Under the pieces are notes generated by a model. It was not told the DNA's origin. It saw nothing but the letters and a program-made list of their open reading frames with translations, and made no database searches. This document shows positions 19,992 to 29,315 of a DNA stretch of 43,559 nt, piece by piece. The position numbers and the translations under genes are program-made. Origin of the DNA: Chloroflexota bacterium (GTDB taxonomy: Bacteria; Chloroflexota; Dehalococcoidia; Lucifugimonadales; UBA3495); contig VXOH01000011.1 of assembly GCA_009840135.1 (NCBI GenBank), forward strand, positions 6,559 through 50,117. The letters are read 5' to 3'. Numbering within the stretch: the first letter of the stretch is position 1; every line of letters begins with the position of its first letter.

Positions 19992-22175
19992 CTATCCTCC
20001 CAGCCCCGCGCTGTAGGCCAGGTATCCGACAAGAATCAATACGGCTCCCAGGACAATTACGGCCCCGTAAAACTGGACCTGACCGGTCTGCAGCTGGGCA
20101 ACAACTCGACCACCATTTCGGCACACGCTGCCCGCCAGGTCCACCAATCCGTCCACCAGGGTCCGGTCGAACCAGTCGGTCAGGGCGGCAAAGGAACGGT
20201 AGAAAACCCGCCGGACTAACAGACCTTCGTACAACTCGTCCATGAAATACTTGCGGGACAACAGGGCGTAAATGGGCCCTCCCCTTTCCAGCGGTTCGGG
20301 ACGCTGTGGAGCAACCGGTACCGGTTCATGCCCATGAAGAGGCGAAGGTCCATCAGCACCTTCGGCAGCCAGCGTCGGCTCTGCGACGCCCGCACCTTCC
20401 GGCTCCCCGATTTCCACCGGCACCTCCAAGGTTTGTGTCCGCTTCCTTCCCATGAACTGGTAAAGAAGGTAAGCCAGGACGATGCCAGCCAGCGCGACGG
20501 CGGTGGAAATCAGGGCCACCTCCCAGTTGAACGCCGGAGTCTTGGGATGGTCAAAGGGAACGGCCGCTTCCACGTAGTAAGAAAACCAATGTCCGGGAAT
20601 CAGAAGGAAACTCTTGACCCATTGCGGGTTGGCAACATAACCGGCCAGAATAGCTGCTACGCCGAGTACGGCCATGGGCAAGACCATAACCCGAGGCGAC
20701 TCGCCCAGATGGACCTCTTCCGATACGGACGAGGGTCGCGGCAGACCACTCTCCTCTGCGTCCTCCAGTTCCCTGGCACCGCCGCCGCGGAAATCACCGT
20801 GAAATGTGAGAATTATCATCCTGAAGGTATAAAAGGCGGTAAGAAGCACTCCCGCTATCAAGAGCCCAAACACGGCCTGGTAAACCCACGGATCCACGGT
20901 ACTGCCCGAAACCCAGGCCGAGGTAAGAATTTCATCCTTGCTCCAAAAGCCGGCCAGGGGAATTATGCCCACCAGGCTCAGGCCGGCAATCAACACCAGG
21001 GCGTAGGTCCAGGGCATGTGCTTTCTCAAGCCGCCCATGTAGCGCATATTAAAGGTTCCCGAGGCGTGATTGACGCTGCCGGCCCCCAGGAAGAGCAGGG
21101 CCTTGAAGAATGCATGGGTGAAAAGATGGAAGAGAGCCGGACCGAAAGCCCCGATGCCCAGGGCAGCCATCATGTAACCCAACTGGCTCACGGTGGAATA
21201 GGCCATTACCCGCTTGATGTCGTCCATAACCAGGCCAAGGGTTGCGGCGCCCAACGCCGTAAACCCTCCGATAAGCGCCACCACCGTCATGGCTTCCTGA
21301 GTCTGTTGGAAGAGGGGGAAGAAACGGGCAACCAGGAAAACACCGGCCGCCACCATCGTGGCCGCATGAATCAGCGCACTGACCGGGGTGGGACCCTCCA
21401 TGGCGTCGGGCAGCCAGGTGTGCAAGGGGAACTGGCCCGACTTGCCGGCGGCGCCGGCAAAAATCCCCAGGGCAATCAGGGTCAACGCGCCGCCCCCGAG
21501 AACGGCACCGCCGGTAGCCAGGGGCTGGGCAGCCTGCCAGATATCCGGGATGTGCAGGGGGTTGAGGCCCTGTGCCGCAAATTCCGGACCGTGGAAAGCC
21601 AGGTAGATAATCGCCAGCAGGAATCCCACGTCGCCGATTCGAGTAACTATAAAAGCCTTCTTGGCCGCAGCCGCAGCCGAAGGCCGATCGTGCCAGAAGC
21701 CAATCAAAAGGTAGGAAGATACACCTACAAGCTCCCAGAAAGCGTAGAGTTGCACCACGTTGACGGACAAGACCAAGCCAAGCATGGCCGCAGTAAAGAG
21801 GGACATGTAAGCGAAATACCTGGCAACGCCCGGGTCTCCCCGCATGTAGCCCAGGGAGTAAATCTGGATCAGCAGACTTACCCCGCTCACTACCACCAGC
21901 ATAATGCTGGTAACCGGGTCCAGCAGGAGTCCCATTTGGATTACTACGTCGCCGAGATTCAGCCAGGTATGGGGTTCAAAGTCCAGTTCCGCGCCACCGT
22001 AATGCTGGCGCAGGACAACCAGCGAAAGCGCCAACGATACCGCGAGGGCAAGTATGAGCAGATAGCCGCTCACCACCGCATAGCGGTTGAAGAAGGGCCT
22101 GATAACGAGGGTAATCAGGAGGAATGAAAGCAGGGGCAGGAAGAATATTGCCCAGACCAGTGGTTCGGTGACCAT
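19992..22175 (-). CDS. nuoL: NADH-quinone oxidoreductase subunit L
   Basis: WELVGVSSYLLIGFW, GKSGQFPLHTWLPDAMEGPTPVSALIHAATMV and HAFFKALLFL. Confidence 0.96.
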   Translation of the reverse strand: MVTEPLVWAIFFLPLLSFLLITLVIRPFFNRYAVVSGYLLILALAVSLALSLVVLRQHYGGAELDFEPHTWLNLGDVVIQMGLLLDPVTSIMLVVVSGVSLLIQIYSLGYMRGDPGVARYFAYMSLFTAAMLGLVLSVNVVQLYAFWELVGVSSYLLIGFWHDRPSAAAAAKKAFIVTRIGDVGFLLAIIYLAFHGPEFAAQGLNPLHIPDIWQAAQPLATGGAVLGGGALTLIALGIFAGAAGKSGQFPLHTWLPDAMEGPTPVSALIHAATMVAAGVFLVARFFPLFQQTQEAMTVVALIGGFTALGAATLGLVMDDIKRVMAYSTVSQLGYMMAALGIGAFGPALFHLFTHAFFKALLFLGAGSVNHASGTFNMRYMGGLRKHMPWTYALVLIAGLSLVGIIPLAGFWSKDEILTSAWVSGSTVDPWVYQAVFGLLIAGVLLTAFYTFRMIILTFHGDFRGGGARELEDAEESGLPRPSSVSEEVHLGESPRVMVLPMAVLGVAAILAGYVANPQWVKSFLLIPGHWFSYYVEAAVPFDHPKTPAFNWEVALISTAVALAGIVLAYLLYQFMGRKRTQTLEVPVEIGEPEGAGVAEPTLAAEGADGPSPLHGHEPVPVAPQRPEPLERGGPIYALLSRKYFMDELYEGLLVRRVFYRSFAALTDWFDRTLVDGLVDLAGSVCRNGGRVVAQLQTGQVQFYGAVIVLGAVLILVGYLAYSAGLGG

Positions 22176-22370
22176 CTACAGTTTCCTCAGAATCTCGTCG
22201 GCCACGTGCTCACGGCCCTTGGGAACGTAAATCACGAAAGGGACTCTCTCGCTCCAGCTCAAAATATCCCCTTCGGGCAAAATGCGGGTCGGGAGTCCCT
22301 CGCCTTCGAGGACTTCCTTCCACATTTCGGCCATCATCAGGTTTGGCGCTCTCTTGAATTCAATCCACAT
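22176..22370 (-). CDS. Small DUF2007-like (PII-like fold) protein inside the nuo operon
   Basis: 64 aa. APNLMMAEMWKEVLEGEGLP...IYVP...A.EIL fits the DUF2007 pattern. Its stop abuts the nuoL ATG. Confidence 0.65.
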   Translation of the reverse strand: MWIEFKRAPNLMMAEMWKEVLEGEGLPTRILPEGDILSWSERVPFVIYVPKGREHVADEILRKL

Positions 22371-22391
22371 CAGGTATAGAAGTCCACGCCG

Positions 22392-22721
22392 TCAGTTTCG
22401 CAGCTGGCTGGCTTCGGTCAGATTCACCGTTTCGGTATTCCGGTACATGGCAAAAACAATGCCCAGACCCAGGGCAATCTCCGCCGCCGCCACGGTTATG
22501 ATGAAGATGGCAAACACCTGCCCGGTCAAAACGCTGCTGATGCTTTCCCGCAGAGCCAACGGGGCCACGTACCTGGCGAAGGCTACAACGGTGAGGTTTA
22601 CGGCGTTGAACATAATCTCGATGGACATCAGCACGGCAATGACGTTGCTCCTGGCCAAAGCGCCGTAAAGGCCTATGGCAAAAAGCACGGCGGCAACTAT
22701 GAGCATAGCTTCCAGGGACAT
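22392..22721 (-). CDS. nuoK: NADH-quinone oxidoreductase subunit K
   Basis: LMSIEIMFNAVNL and GQVFAIFIITVAAAEIALGL. Confidence 0.95.
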   Translation of the reverse strand: MSLEAMLIVAAVLFAIGLYGALARSNVIAVLMSIEIMFNAVNLTVVAFARYVAPLALRESISSVLTGQVFAIFIITVAAAEIALGLGIVFAMYRNTETVNLTEASQLRN

Positions 22722-22726
22722 GCCGA

Positions 22727-23314
22727 CTAGCTCCCCCGAGACCTGGCCAGCGCCAGTCCGCCTATCAGGGCGGCCAGCAGCAGCAGCGATACCGCTTCGA
22801 AGGGAAGCACGTAGCGGCCAATCAGCAGGTCTGCCAGGCCCGACTGCCGGGCCTCTTCCCTGGCCTGGCTCGAATCGAAACCTCCGGACTCCAGCGCTCC
22901 TTCCGTAAGCACGGTAACGGACTGGGTCTGGGCCAGTTCAACCATGTCCGTCGCAGCCTCTGGAATAGGACGCCAGTCCGTTGCCACCGCTGCGATAACC
23001 ATGCCAACCAACAACAGCGCCGGAAATAATACGGCCGGTATCTGAAGGTGGTTGGGCAAATTGCCTTCCCGTACATTGCGGGTCAGCATAATTCCGAAAA
23101 TGAACAGGACGGAAATTGCCCCCACGTAAATCAAGACCTGGACTACGGCCAGGAATTCGGCGCTGAGGAGAACAAAAAACCCGGCAACCGCGATGAACAC
23201 CACCGCCAGCAGCAACGCCGCCCTGAACAAGTCCCTGACCAGGACAACGCCGAGGGCCGCCACTATGGCCACAACGGAAAGAACCCAGAATGCCAAATCC
23301 TGGATTGCTAGCAT
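22727..23314 (-). CDS. nuoJ: NADH-quinone oxidoreductase subunit J
   Basis: AEFLAVVQVLIYVGAISVL and YVLPFE. Confidence 0.95.
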   Translation of the reverse strand: MLAIQDLAFWVLSVVAIVAALGVVLVRDLFRAALLLAVVFIAVAGFFVLLSAEFLAVVQVLIYVGAISVLFIFGIMLTRNVREGNLPNHLQIPAVLFPALLLVGMVIAAVATDWRPIPEAATDMVELAQTQSVTVLTEGALESGGFDSSQAREEARQSGLADLLIGRYVLPFEAVSLLLLAALIGGLALARSRGS

Positions 23315-23392
23315 GCCGTCTCCAAAACGACCGAGGACTGGAAAGCTTCATCTGCTTCCGAAGCCGTTGCCCCATTCCATGCAGTAGCCCAG

Positions 23393-24037
23393 CTACTCAT
23401 CGCCGGCTCCCGCCTGTTCCGCACTTTCAGTGTCCAGCCGCATGCCGGCTTTCTCGCGCTGGTGCCAGCGCCAACCCTCGCGACCAACCTCTCGCCATCC
23501 CAGGGGCGGGCCGCCCCTGGGGTCATACGTAAACCTGGAATCGCCCTGGGCTATGCTTCGACTTCCCCGGCCGCTGCTGGGTTCACCCTCGTATCCTTCC
23601 AGTTGAGGGCGGAACCAGGTGCTCGGATGTTTTTCAGCGTTGCGGAGCTGGTCTATGGTAATGACCATGTTCTTGCGGCTGTATTGTCCCTGTTCAAAAC
23701 CACTGCCCATGAACAGGGCATCGTAAGGGCAGGCCTCCACGCACAGGCCACAGAACATGCACCGCTGCAGCTCGATGTCGAAAACCTCAAGGCGGTACTT
23801 GTCCCCCTGGGGAATGGCGCTTTCGCTGGGTGACGTAACAATCTTGATGATGCCCAGCGGACAATACTTGGCACAGGAGGCACAACCGGTACAGCGTTCC
23901 TCGTACCACACGAACTCTTCCCCCCGAAAGCGCGGGTGCTGTCTGGCCCTTTCCTCGGGATACTGGATGGTAAACGGTTTCCTGGTCAGATTCTTCAACG
24001 TGACCAGCAGGCCCTTAACCATGGCGAAACCGTACAT
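23393..24037 (-). CDS. nuoI: NADH-quinone oxidoreductase subunit I
   Basis: TIQYPEE, RFRG, CTGCASCAKYCP and CMFCGLCVEACP. Confidence 0.95.
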   Translation of the reverse strand: MYGFAMVKGLLVTLKNLTRKPFTIQYPEERARQHPRFRGEEFVWYEERCTGCASCAKYCPLGIIKIVTSPSESAIPQGDKYRLEVFDIELQRCMFCGLCVEACPYDALFMGSGFEQGQYSRKNMVITIDQLRNAEKHPSTWFRPQLEGYEGEPSSGRGSRSIAQGDSRFTYDPRGGPPLGWREVGREGWRWHQREKAGMRLDTESAEQAGAGDE

Positions 24038-24038
24038 G

Positions 24039-25262
24039 TCAGTGCACCTCTATGGTGGTTACTCCGGGCACCACCACGTCCGACGGCTGGCGAGCCTGGA
24101 ATTTCACCCGGTCCCGGATCAGGTTCCCGAATACCCAGATTGCCACAACGGTTACAACCACGTTAATCACCGCCATAATTCCCAGGTCGCCCGTAGTCAG
24201 GACTCCCTCGGGGCCCCGGAGCAAAAAAACCTCGAGCGTGACGGCCGCCAGGTTAACCAGGCTCAGCGGCAGGAGGAATTTCCACGACACCGCCATTATC
24301 TGGTCAATCCGGAGGCGGGGATACGTGGCCCTGAACCAAATAAACAGAAAAACTATTGCGCCGGTCTTGATGAGGAACCACAGCCAGCCAAGGTACTCGG
24401 ACCACGGACCGGACCAGCCGCCCAGGAACAGGGTGGCTGCTATGGCGGACACCACTCCCACTCCGCCGAACTCTGCGGCCTGGATCAGGGCGAACTTTAC
24501 GCCGCTGTATTCGGTATGGTACCCGGCGATGATTTCCGATTCCGCCTCGGCCACGTCGAAGGGAGAGCGATTCAGTTCGGCGGACATGCCGGCCATGAAC
24601 ACAAAGAAAGCCAGCGGCTGGACCAGGAAAAAGGGCAGTACCTGCGCTTCTACAATGCTGCCTAGCGACATGGATGCCGCCACCATCACAACGCCGAGAA
24701 GCGACAGCACTACCGGCACCTCATAGCTGATCAACACCGCCACGGAACGGGCGGCCCCAAACATGGCATACCGGTTGTTGGACGACCAGCCTGCCATGAA
24801 AATGGCTATTGAAGTAATGGAACTGACAGCCAGGATGTAGAGCACACCCACGTTCAGCGCAGCCAGGCTGGTATTCTCGGCAAAGGGAATTACCGCCGTC
24901 ATCATCACCAGCGGCGCCACCATCAAAATGGGTACCAGCGCAAACACCGGCTTGTCGGCGCCATCAGGCGTCAGGTCCTCCTTGGTAAGGAGCTTCAGCA
25001 AGTCGGCCAGGGGCTGGAAGAGCCCGAAGGGTCCCCACCGATTGGGACCCACCCGGTTCTGGAACCTTCCCAGGAGACGTCGTTCGGCCCAGGTGATCAC
25101 CGCCGCTCCGAGAAGCACGGCGTTCACCAGGACAAAAATCATCACCAGTCCCGCGATAACGTAGGAAAGCCAGCAGGGCAAAATAGTACCGACCAGGTCA
25201 TAGACCAGACGATAAAGCCCGTTGGCGTACAGCACATTGTCGGCGGCCAGTTGGCAGCTCAA
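24039..25262 (-). CDS. nuoH: NADH-quinone oxidoreductase subunit H
   Basis: ERRLLGRFQNRVGP, QPLADLLKLL.KE, NRSPFDVAEAESE and PRLRIDQ. Exact start uncertain. Confidence 0.95.
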   Translation of the reverse strand: MSCQLAADNVLYANGLYRLVYDLVGTILPCWLSYVIAGLVMIFVLVNAVLLGAAVITWAERRLLGRFQNRVGPNRWGPFGLFQPLADLLKLLTKEDLTPDGADKPVFALVPILMVAPLVMMTAVIPFAENTSLAALNVGVLYILAVSSITSIAIFMAGWSSNNRYAMFGAARSVAVLISYEVPVVLSLLGVVMVAASMSLGSIVEAQVLPFFLVQPLAFFVFMAGMSAELNRSPFDVAEAESEIIAGYHTEYSGVKFALIQAAEFGGVGVVSAIAATLFLGGWSGPWSEYLGWLWFLIKTGAIVFLFIWFRATYPRLRIDQIMAVSWKFLLPLSLVNLAAVTLEVFLLRGPEGVLTTGDLGIMAVINVVVTVVAIWVFGNLIRDRVKFQARQPSDVVVPGVTTIEVH

Positions 25263-26365
25263 CGGTCAACCTCGCCCATGTTAATGTCTATACTGCCGAG
25301 AGATACGATCATGTCGGCCAGCTTCCAGCCGACCAGTAATTCTTCGATTATGGTCAGATTTATCAGAGATGGAGACCTTATCTTGCACCGGTAAGGAGCG
25401 ATGCCTCCGTCACTTACCAGATAGAAGGCCAGTTCGCCCTTGGAGGCTTCAACCCTGCCATAGGCTTCCCTGCCCGGGTCCGGCCGAAGCACAAGAGGAA
25501 GCTCGAGGCGTGCTGGCCCCGGCTCTATCTGTTCAATGCACTGCCGGATAATACGCAGGCTCTGGTGGACCTCCTGAATCCGCACCCAGAACCGGTCGTA
25601 GTTGTCCCAATGGGAACCAACGGGCACGTCAAACTCCACCTGGTCGTAAGCATCGTAGGGGTCCTGCTTTCTCCAGTCCCAGTTGACGCCGCTGGCCCGT
25701 AATACCGGTCCGCTTACCGAGTTGTTGACGGCTACTTCCGGAGGAATCGGGCTGACTCCGCGGGTCCTGATCATCAGGATCTCGTTTTCCAGGAGCAGTT
25801 GCTCCATCTCCGCGAATTCAACCTCGAAATCCTCCAGGAATCGGTCCAGCGCAGGCCAGAACTCCCGGGGAGCATCGGCAAATACGCCGCCGGGCCGCAT
25901 GTAGCTTACGGTTATGCGGGCTCCGCAAAGCATCTCGAAAAGTTCCAGTATCCTCTCCCTGCTGCGGAATGCGTACATCAGCGGAGTGCCAAAGGCGCCA
26001 AGCTCCTGCACAAAAAACCCGACGGCAATCAAGTGGGCCGCGATCCGCTGGAGTTCGGCAGTCAGGGTCCTCAGGTACTTGGCCCTGGGCGGAGGCTCCA
26101 CCCCCAGCAAACGCTCCACCGCTATGCAGTAGGCCTGGTTGTTAATCATGGACGAGGTGTAGTCCAGGCGGTCGGTAAGGGTTACCACCTGGACGTAGTT
26201 TCGTTCCTCGGCCAGTTTCTCGGTGCCCCGGTGAAGGTAGCCGAAAACCGGCTCCACCTCTACGATGTCCTCACCATCAAAGGTAATCCGAACCCGAAAC
26301 ACCCCGTGGGTGCTGGGGTGCTGGGGACCCACATTGACGGTCATCGGTTCGGTGCGAATTGTCAT
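25259..26365 (-). CDS. nuoD: NADH-quinone oxidoreductase subunit D
   Basis: NVGPQHPSTHGV, GYLHRGTEK, DRLDY and C-terminal GEVDR. No NiFe CxxC motifs. Confidence 0.96.
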   Translation of the reverse strand: MTIRTEPMTVNVGPQHPSTHGVFRVRITFDGEDIVEVEPVFGYLHRGTEKLAEERNYVQVVTLTDRLDYTSSMINNQAYCIAVERLLGVEPPPRAKYLRTLTAELQRIAAHLIAVGFFVQELGAFGTPLMYAFRSRERILELFEMLCGARITVSYMRPGGVFADAPREFWPALDRFLEDFEVEFAEMEQLLLENEILMIRTRGVSPIPPEVAVNNSVSGPVLRASGVNWDWRKQDPYDAYDQVEFDVPVGSHWDNYDRFWVRIQEVHQSLRIIRQCIEQIEPGPARLELPLVLRPDPGREAYGRVEASKGELAFYLVSDGGIAPYRCKIRSPSLINLTIIEELLVGWKLADMIVSLGSIDINMGEVDR

Positions 26366-26464
26366 ACTTGACCTGGTTGAAATGCCCGCAATCTAAAGAC
26401 TCCCGGCAGGACCGGTGGAGGCATAAGCCATCGCTCGGCTGAAACTGAACTTTTACAAGGTCCT

Positions 26465-26908
26465 CTACAAAAAATCCTTGCGGAGAGGATGTCCTTCAAA
26501 CCCTTCCCACAGCATGATTCTCTTCATATTGGGATGACCCTCAAAGTAAACACCCATCAGGTCCCAGATCTCCCGTTCCTGGTAATCCGCCCCCTTCCAG
26601 ACCTGGTAAACGGACGGCAGCGAAAGGTCCTGCCTGCCGTAAAGGCGAGTCTTGAAGACGGCGCACCACTGCTGCTTCAGGGAGGTCAGGTGATAGACCA
26701 CGTCGAAATACTCGACATAATCTATGGCGGTGATGGAATTGAGAAATCGAAAGTCCAGGGAAGGCTCGTCCCGAAGGAAAATGGCTGCGGCGCCAACCTG
26801 GGAAGGGTTCACCCAGGCTGCGGTTTCGTCAAAACCCTCCACCGCCTCCGGCAACTCCCGCCGGAGCGCCTCCGAGAGTTCCTGGCCTGCCCATTCCCTT
26901 ACCGCCAT
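26465..26908 (-). CDS. nuoC: NADH-quinone oxidoreductase subunit C
   Basis: EREIWDLMGVYFEGHP and GHPLRKDF. Confidence 0.95.
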   Translation of the reverse strand: MAVREWAGQELSEALRRELPEAVEGFDETAAWVNPSQVGAAAIFLRDEPSLDFRFLNSITAIDYVEYFDVVYHLTSLKQQWCAVFKTRLYGRQDLSLPSVYQVWKGADYQEREIWDLMGVYFEGHPNMKRIMLWEGFEGHPLRKDFL

Positions 26909-27555
26909 CAGTCTGCGTCCGCCTCGGCTGGACCAACTTCGGGCAATTCTGATGGGGACTTGCGCAGGTGATGGTATTTCTTGATTTTTTCGTGCAGTTC
27001 CATTATTCCGTACAGGAGGGCGTCAGGACGGGGTGGGCAACCAGGCACTTAAACGTCCACAGGGATGATATGGTCAACACCCGGAACTACGCTGTAGGAA
27101 CCAAAATAGGGACCACCGCTGGTGGCGCAGACACCCATGGAGATAACCCATTTGGGGTCCGCCATCTGGTCGTAAATGCGGCGTATAGGAGGCGCCATCT
27201 TCCAGGTCACCGTGCCCGCCACTATCATCAGGTCGGCCTGCCTGGGTGAGGCGCGGAAAGCTTCCATGCCGAATCGGGCAATGTCAAACCTTCCCATGGC
27301 CGTAGCCATCATTTCAAAGGCGCAGCAGGCCAGCCCAAAGGAAACGGGCCACAGGGCGGACTTTCGCCCCCAGTTGACCAACGCGTCCACCGAGGTAACC
27401 AGCAGGTTGCTCTTCAGGTCGTCGGGGACTTCAATAAACGGAACTTCTATAGGTTCTGAGGAGATGGAAATCAGGTCATTTACCATCTGACCTTCTTCTC
27501 GGTCAATACCCCAGGTACGTTCATGCAGCGGCCCATTTCCCGTCGGCAATTGCAT
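26908..27555 (-). CDS. nuoB: NADH-quinone oxidoreductase subunit B, with an in-frame TAA at 27049-27051
   Basis: [17 protein letters not shown] and MGVCATSGG. After the TAA the same frame continues [23 protein letters not shown] to a TGA at 26908-26910 that overlaps the nuoC ATG. Confidence 0.93.
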
Positions 27556-27558
27556 GGC

Positions 27559-27945
27559 TTAGTTGCTCCACTCCAGGTCTCGCTTGCGCCAGGCATAGGC
27601 CCAGCCGGCCAGCAGAATTGCCACAAATACGCCCATCTCGATCAGGGCGAAAAGTTCCAACGTGATGAACTTGGTAGCCCACGGGTAAAGGAAGATCACC
27701 TCTACATCGAATATGACGAAAAGAATGGCGTAAAGGTAATAGCGGAAATTAAACTGGTTCCACGAACCGCCAATGGTTTGCACCCCACATTCGTAGGGCT
27801 CCAGCTTGACGGGAGTGGGGTTCCGGGGACGCAGTCCCAGGCGAGAGGTGAGCCAGGATGCTATGAGCAGGCTGGTGGGCACTGCAACAGCTACCAATCC
27901 GAAGAGGGCTAACAGCCCGTATTGCCGAAAGTAATCTTCAAGCAT
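27559..27945 (-). CDS. nuoA: NADH-quinone oxidoreductase subunit A
   Basis: KLEPYECG, YYLYAILFVIFDVEVIFLYPWA and YAWRKRDLEW. Confidence 0.95.
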   Translation of the reverse strand: MLEDYFRQYGLLALFGLVAVAVPTSLLIASWLTSRLGLRPRNPTPVKLEPYECGVQTIGGSWNQFNFRYYLYAILFVIFDVEVIFLYPWATKFITLELFALIEMGVFVAILLAGWAYAWRKRDLEWSN

Positions 27946-27983
27946 TATTGCAGGTAATGCCCCTTTGGTAACTATCGCCCGAA

Positions 27984-28028
27984 ATTATAACATAACGTAT
28001 TGCACACCGATAGTGAAATTTAGCACAA
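27984..28028 (-). promoter_or_regulatory. nuo promoter (extended -10) with a Rex-like operator
   Basis: Minus-strand TGTTATAAT at 27992-27984. The 18-bp TTGTGCTAAATTTCACTA at 28028-28011 resembles the Rex consensus TTGTGAAnnnnTTCACAA. Confidence 0.55.
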
Positions 28029-28433
28029 TCTCCCTTCTTTGTAGGGAGAGCCCAGAATACCAAAGGGATGGTCCAACCAGTACCCTCGGAAGTGGGTTGC
28101 CCTTTCGCTAATACAAGCGCTCGACACCCAGTTTCGAAGCTCGCCACGGCCCGCGAATCAGCCCAGTTACAGGGATTGTCGTAACTGTACATCCAACGAG
28201 CAGCAAACCGCACCATTTCCGTTTGCATGGAATGCGGAGCTGCCAAGGACAGCCCCAATTGGTCCCCCGTCCCTATTAGCCGGTATTCACCACCAGCCGC
28301 CCTGTCCCCACCAGGTAGGTGTGGCTAAGGTCGGTCTGTGCAGTTAGAATAGTCAACGGTCGCCCATTGGGGCTCCATGTCCGTTGAAGCATGAATCATT
28401 CGGCAAGTCCGGAAATTTACGCCGCTGTCAGCA

Positions 28434-29315
28434 ATGTCACAACCACAAATGTCACAATCCAGCAGTTTTGTAGTTGCCAATGGGATTAAGCACCACATCC
28501 TGGAAATGGGAGAGCGGTCAAGACCGCCGGTGATGATGGTCCACGCTACGGGATTGTGCGCTTACTCATGGCTGCCCATCGCAAGGAACCTTGCCAGGGA
28601 TTACTTTGTTATGGCCCTGGACCAGAGAGGCCACGGAGACACTGAGCCTTCCGAATGCGGATACAGTTTCGAAATGGTGGGCAATGACCTCAAGGCAATA
28701 ATTGAAACCCTGGACCTGAAGGGTCTCAGGGTGGTTGGTCATTCCTCCGGTGGGCTCGCGTCCTTAATGGCCGCCTCACAGCTGTCGGCACGCATTGTTC
28801 AAACCTGCCTTGTGGAGACCCGGGTGGGAGAAAGTCCCGCCAATGCGCCGCCGGGAGAGCTATATGAAAGGGCCCGCCGTACCCGAATGAAGCGGGCCAT
28901 CTGGGAAAGTAGGCAGGCGATGTACGAGGCTTACCGCAAGCGCCCGGCTTTCCGAAACTGGACGGAAGAAGCGTTCGGAGCCTTCATCAACGGAGGCGCC
29001 CGCGCGTTGGCCGATGGCCGCGTCGAGTTGAAATGCCACCCCGATGTGGAAGCAACCTTTTACGAACAACGCGATTCCCTTCAGGTTTCTCATTATTTTG
29101 ATGGCCTGCAGGGTGGCTTCCTCTTGCTGCTGGGGGACTACCCGGAGGCGCAGACCCTGCAGGATGTGGGAGTAAAGCGGTTCCTCGAAGGTGTCCCAGG
29201 CGCCAGGGTCAAACCGATGGGAATGGGCTCTCATTTCCTGCCCATGGAACACCCCGGGGAAGTAACAGCGGAAGTAAGCCAATTCTTCGGATCAGGGGAG
29301 AACATTGCAAGCTGA
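28434..29315 (+). CDS. Alpha/beta hydrolase
   Basis: VHATG, DQRGHGD, nucleophile elbow GHSSG and catalytic His in SHFLPMEHP. Confidence 0.9.
   Translation: MSQPQMSQSSSFVVANGIKHHILEMGERSRPPVMMVHATGLCAYSWLPIARNLARDYFVMALDQRGHGDTEPSECGYSFEMVGNDLKAIIETLDLKGLRVVGHSSGGLASLMAASQLSARIVQTCLVETRVGESPANAPPGELYERARRTRMKRAIWESRQAMYEAYRKRPAFRNWTEEAFGAFINGGARALADGRVELKCHPDVEATFYEQRDSLQVSHYFDGLQGGFLLLLGDYPEAQTLQDVGVKRFLEGVPGARVKPMGMGSHFLPMEHPGEVTAEVSQFFGSGENIAS

Noticed and set aside
20328-22127. 599-aa plus-strand ORF
   Set aside because: Antisense shadow of nuoL.
27049-27051. nuoB stop read as Sec or Pyl
   Set aside because: The codon is TAA, not TGA or TAG, and it aligns to Tyr.
25259-27555. Possible group 4 [NiFe]-hydrogenase
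   Set aside because: The large subunit lacks both CxxC Ni ligands and NuoB has the tandem CC, so this is complex I.
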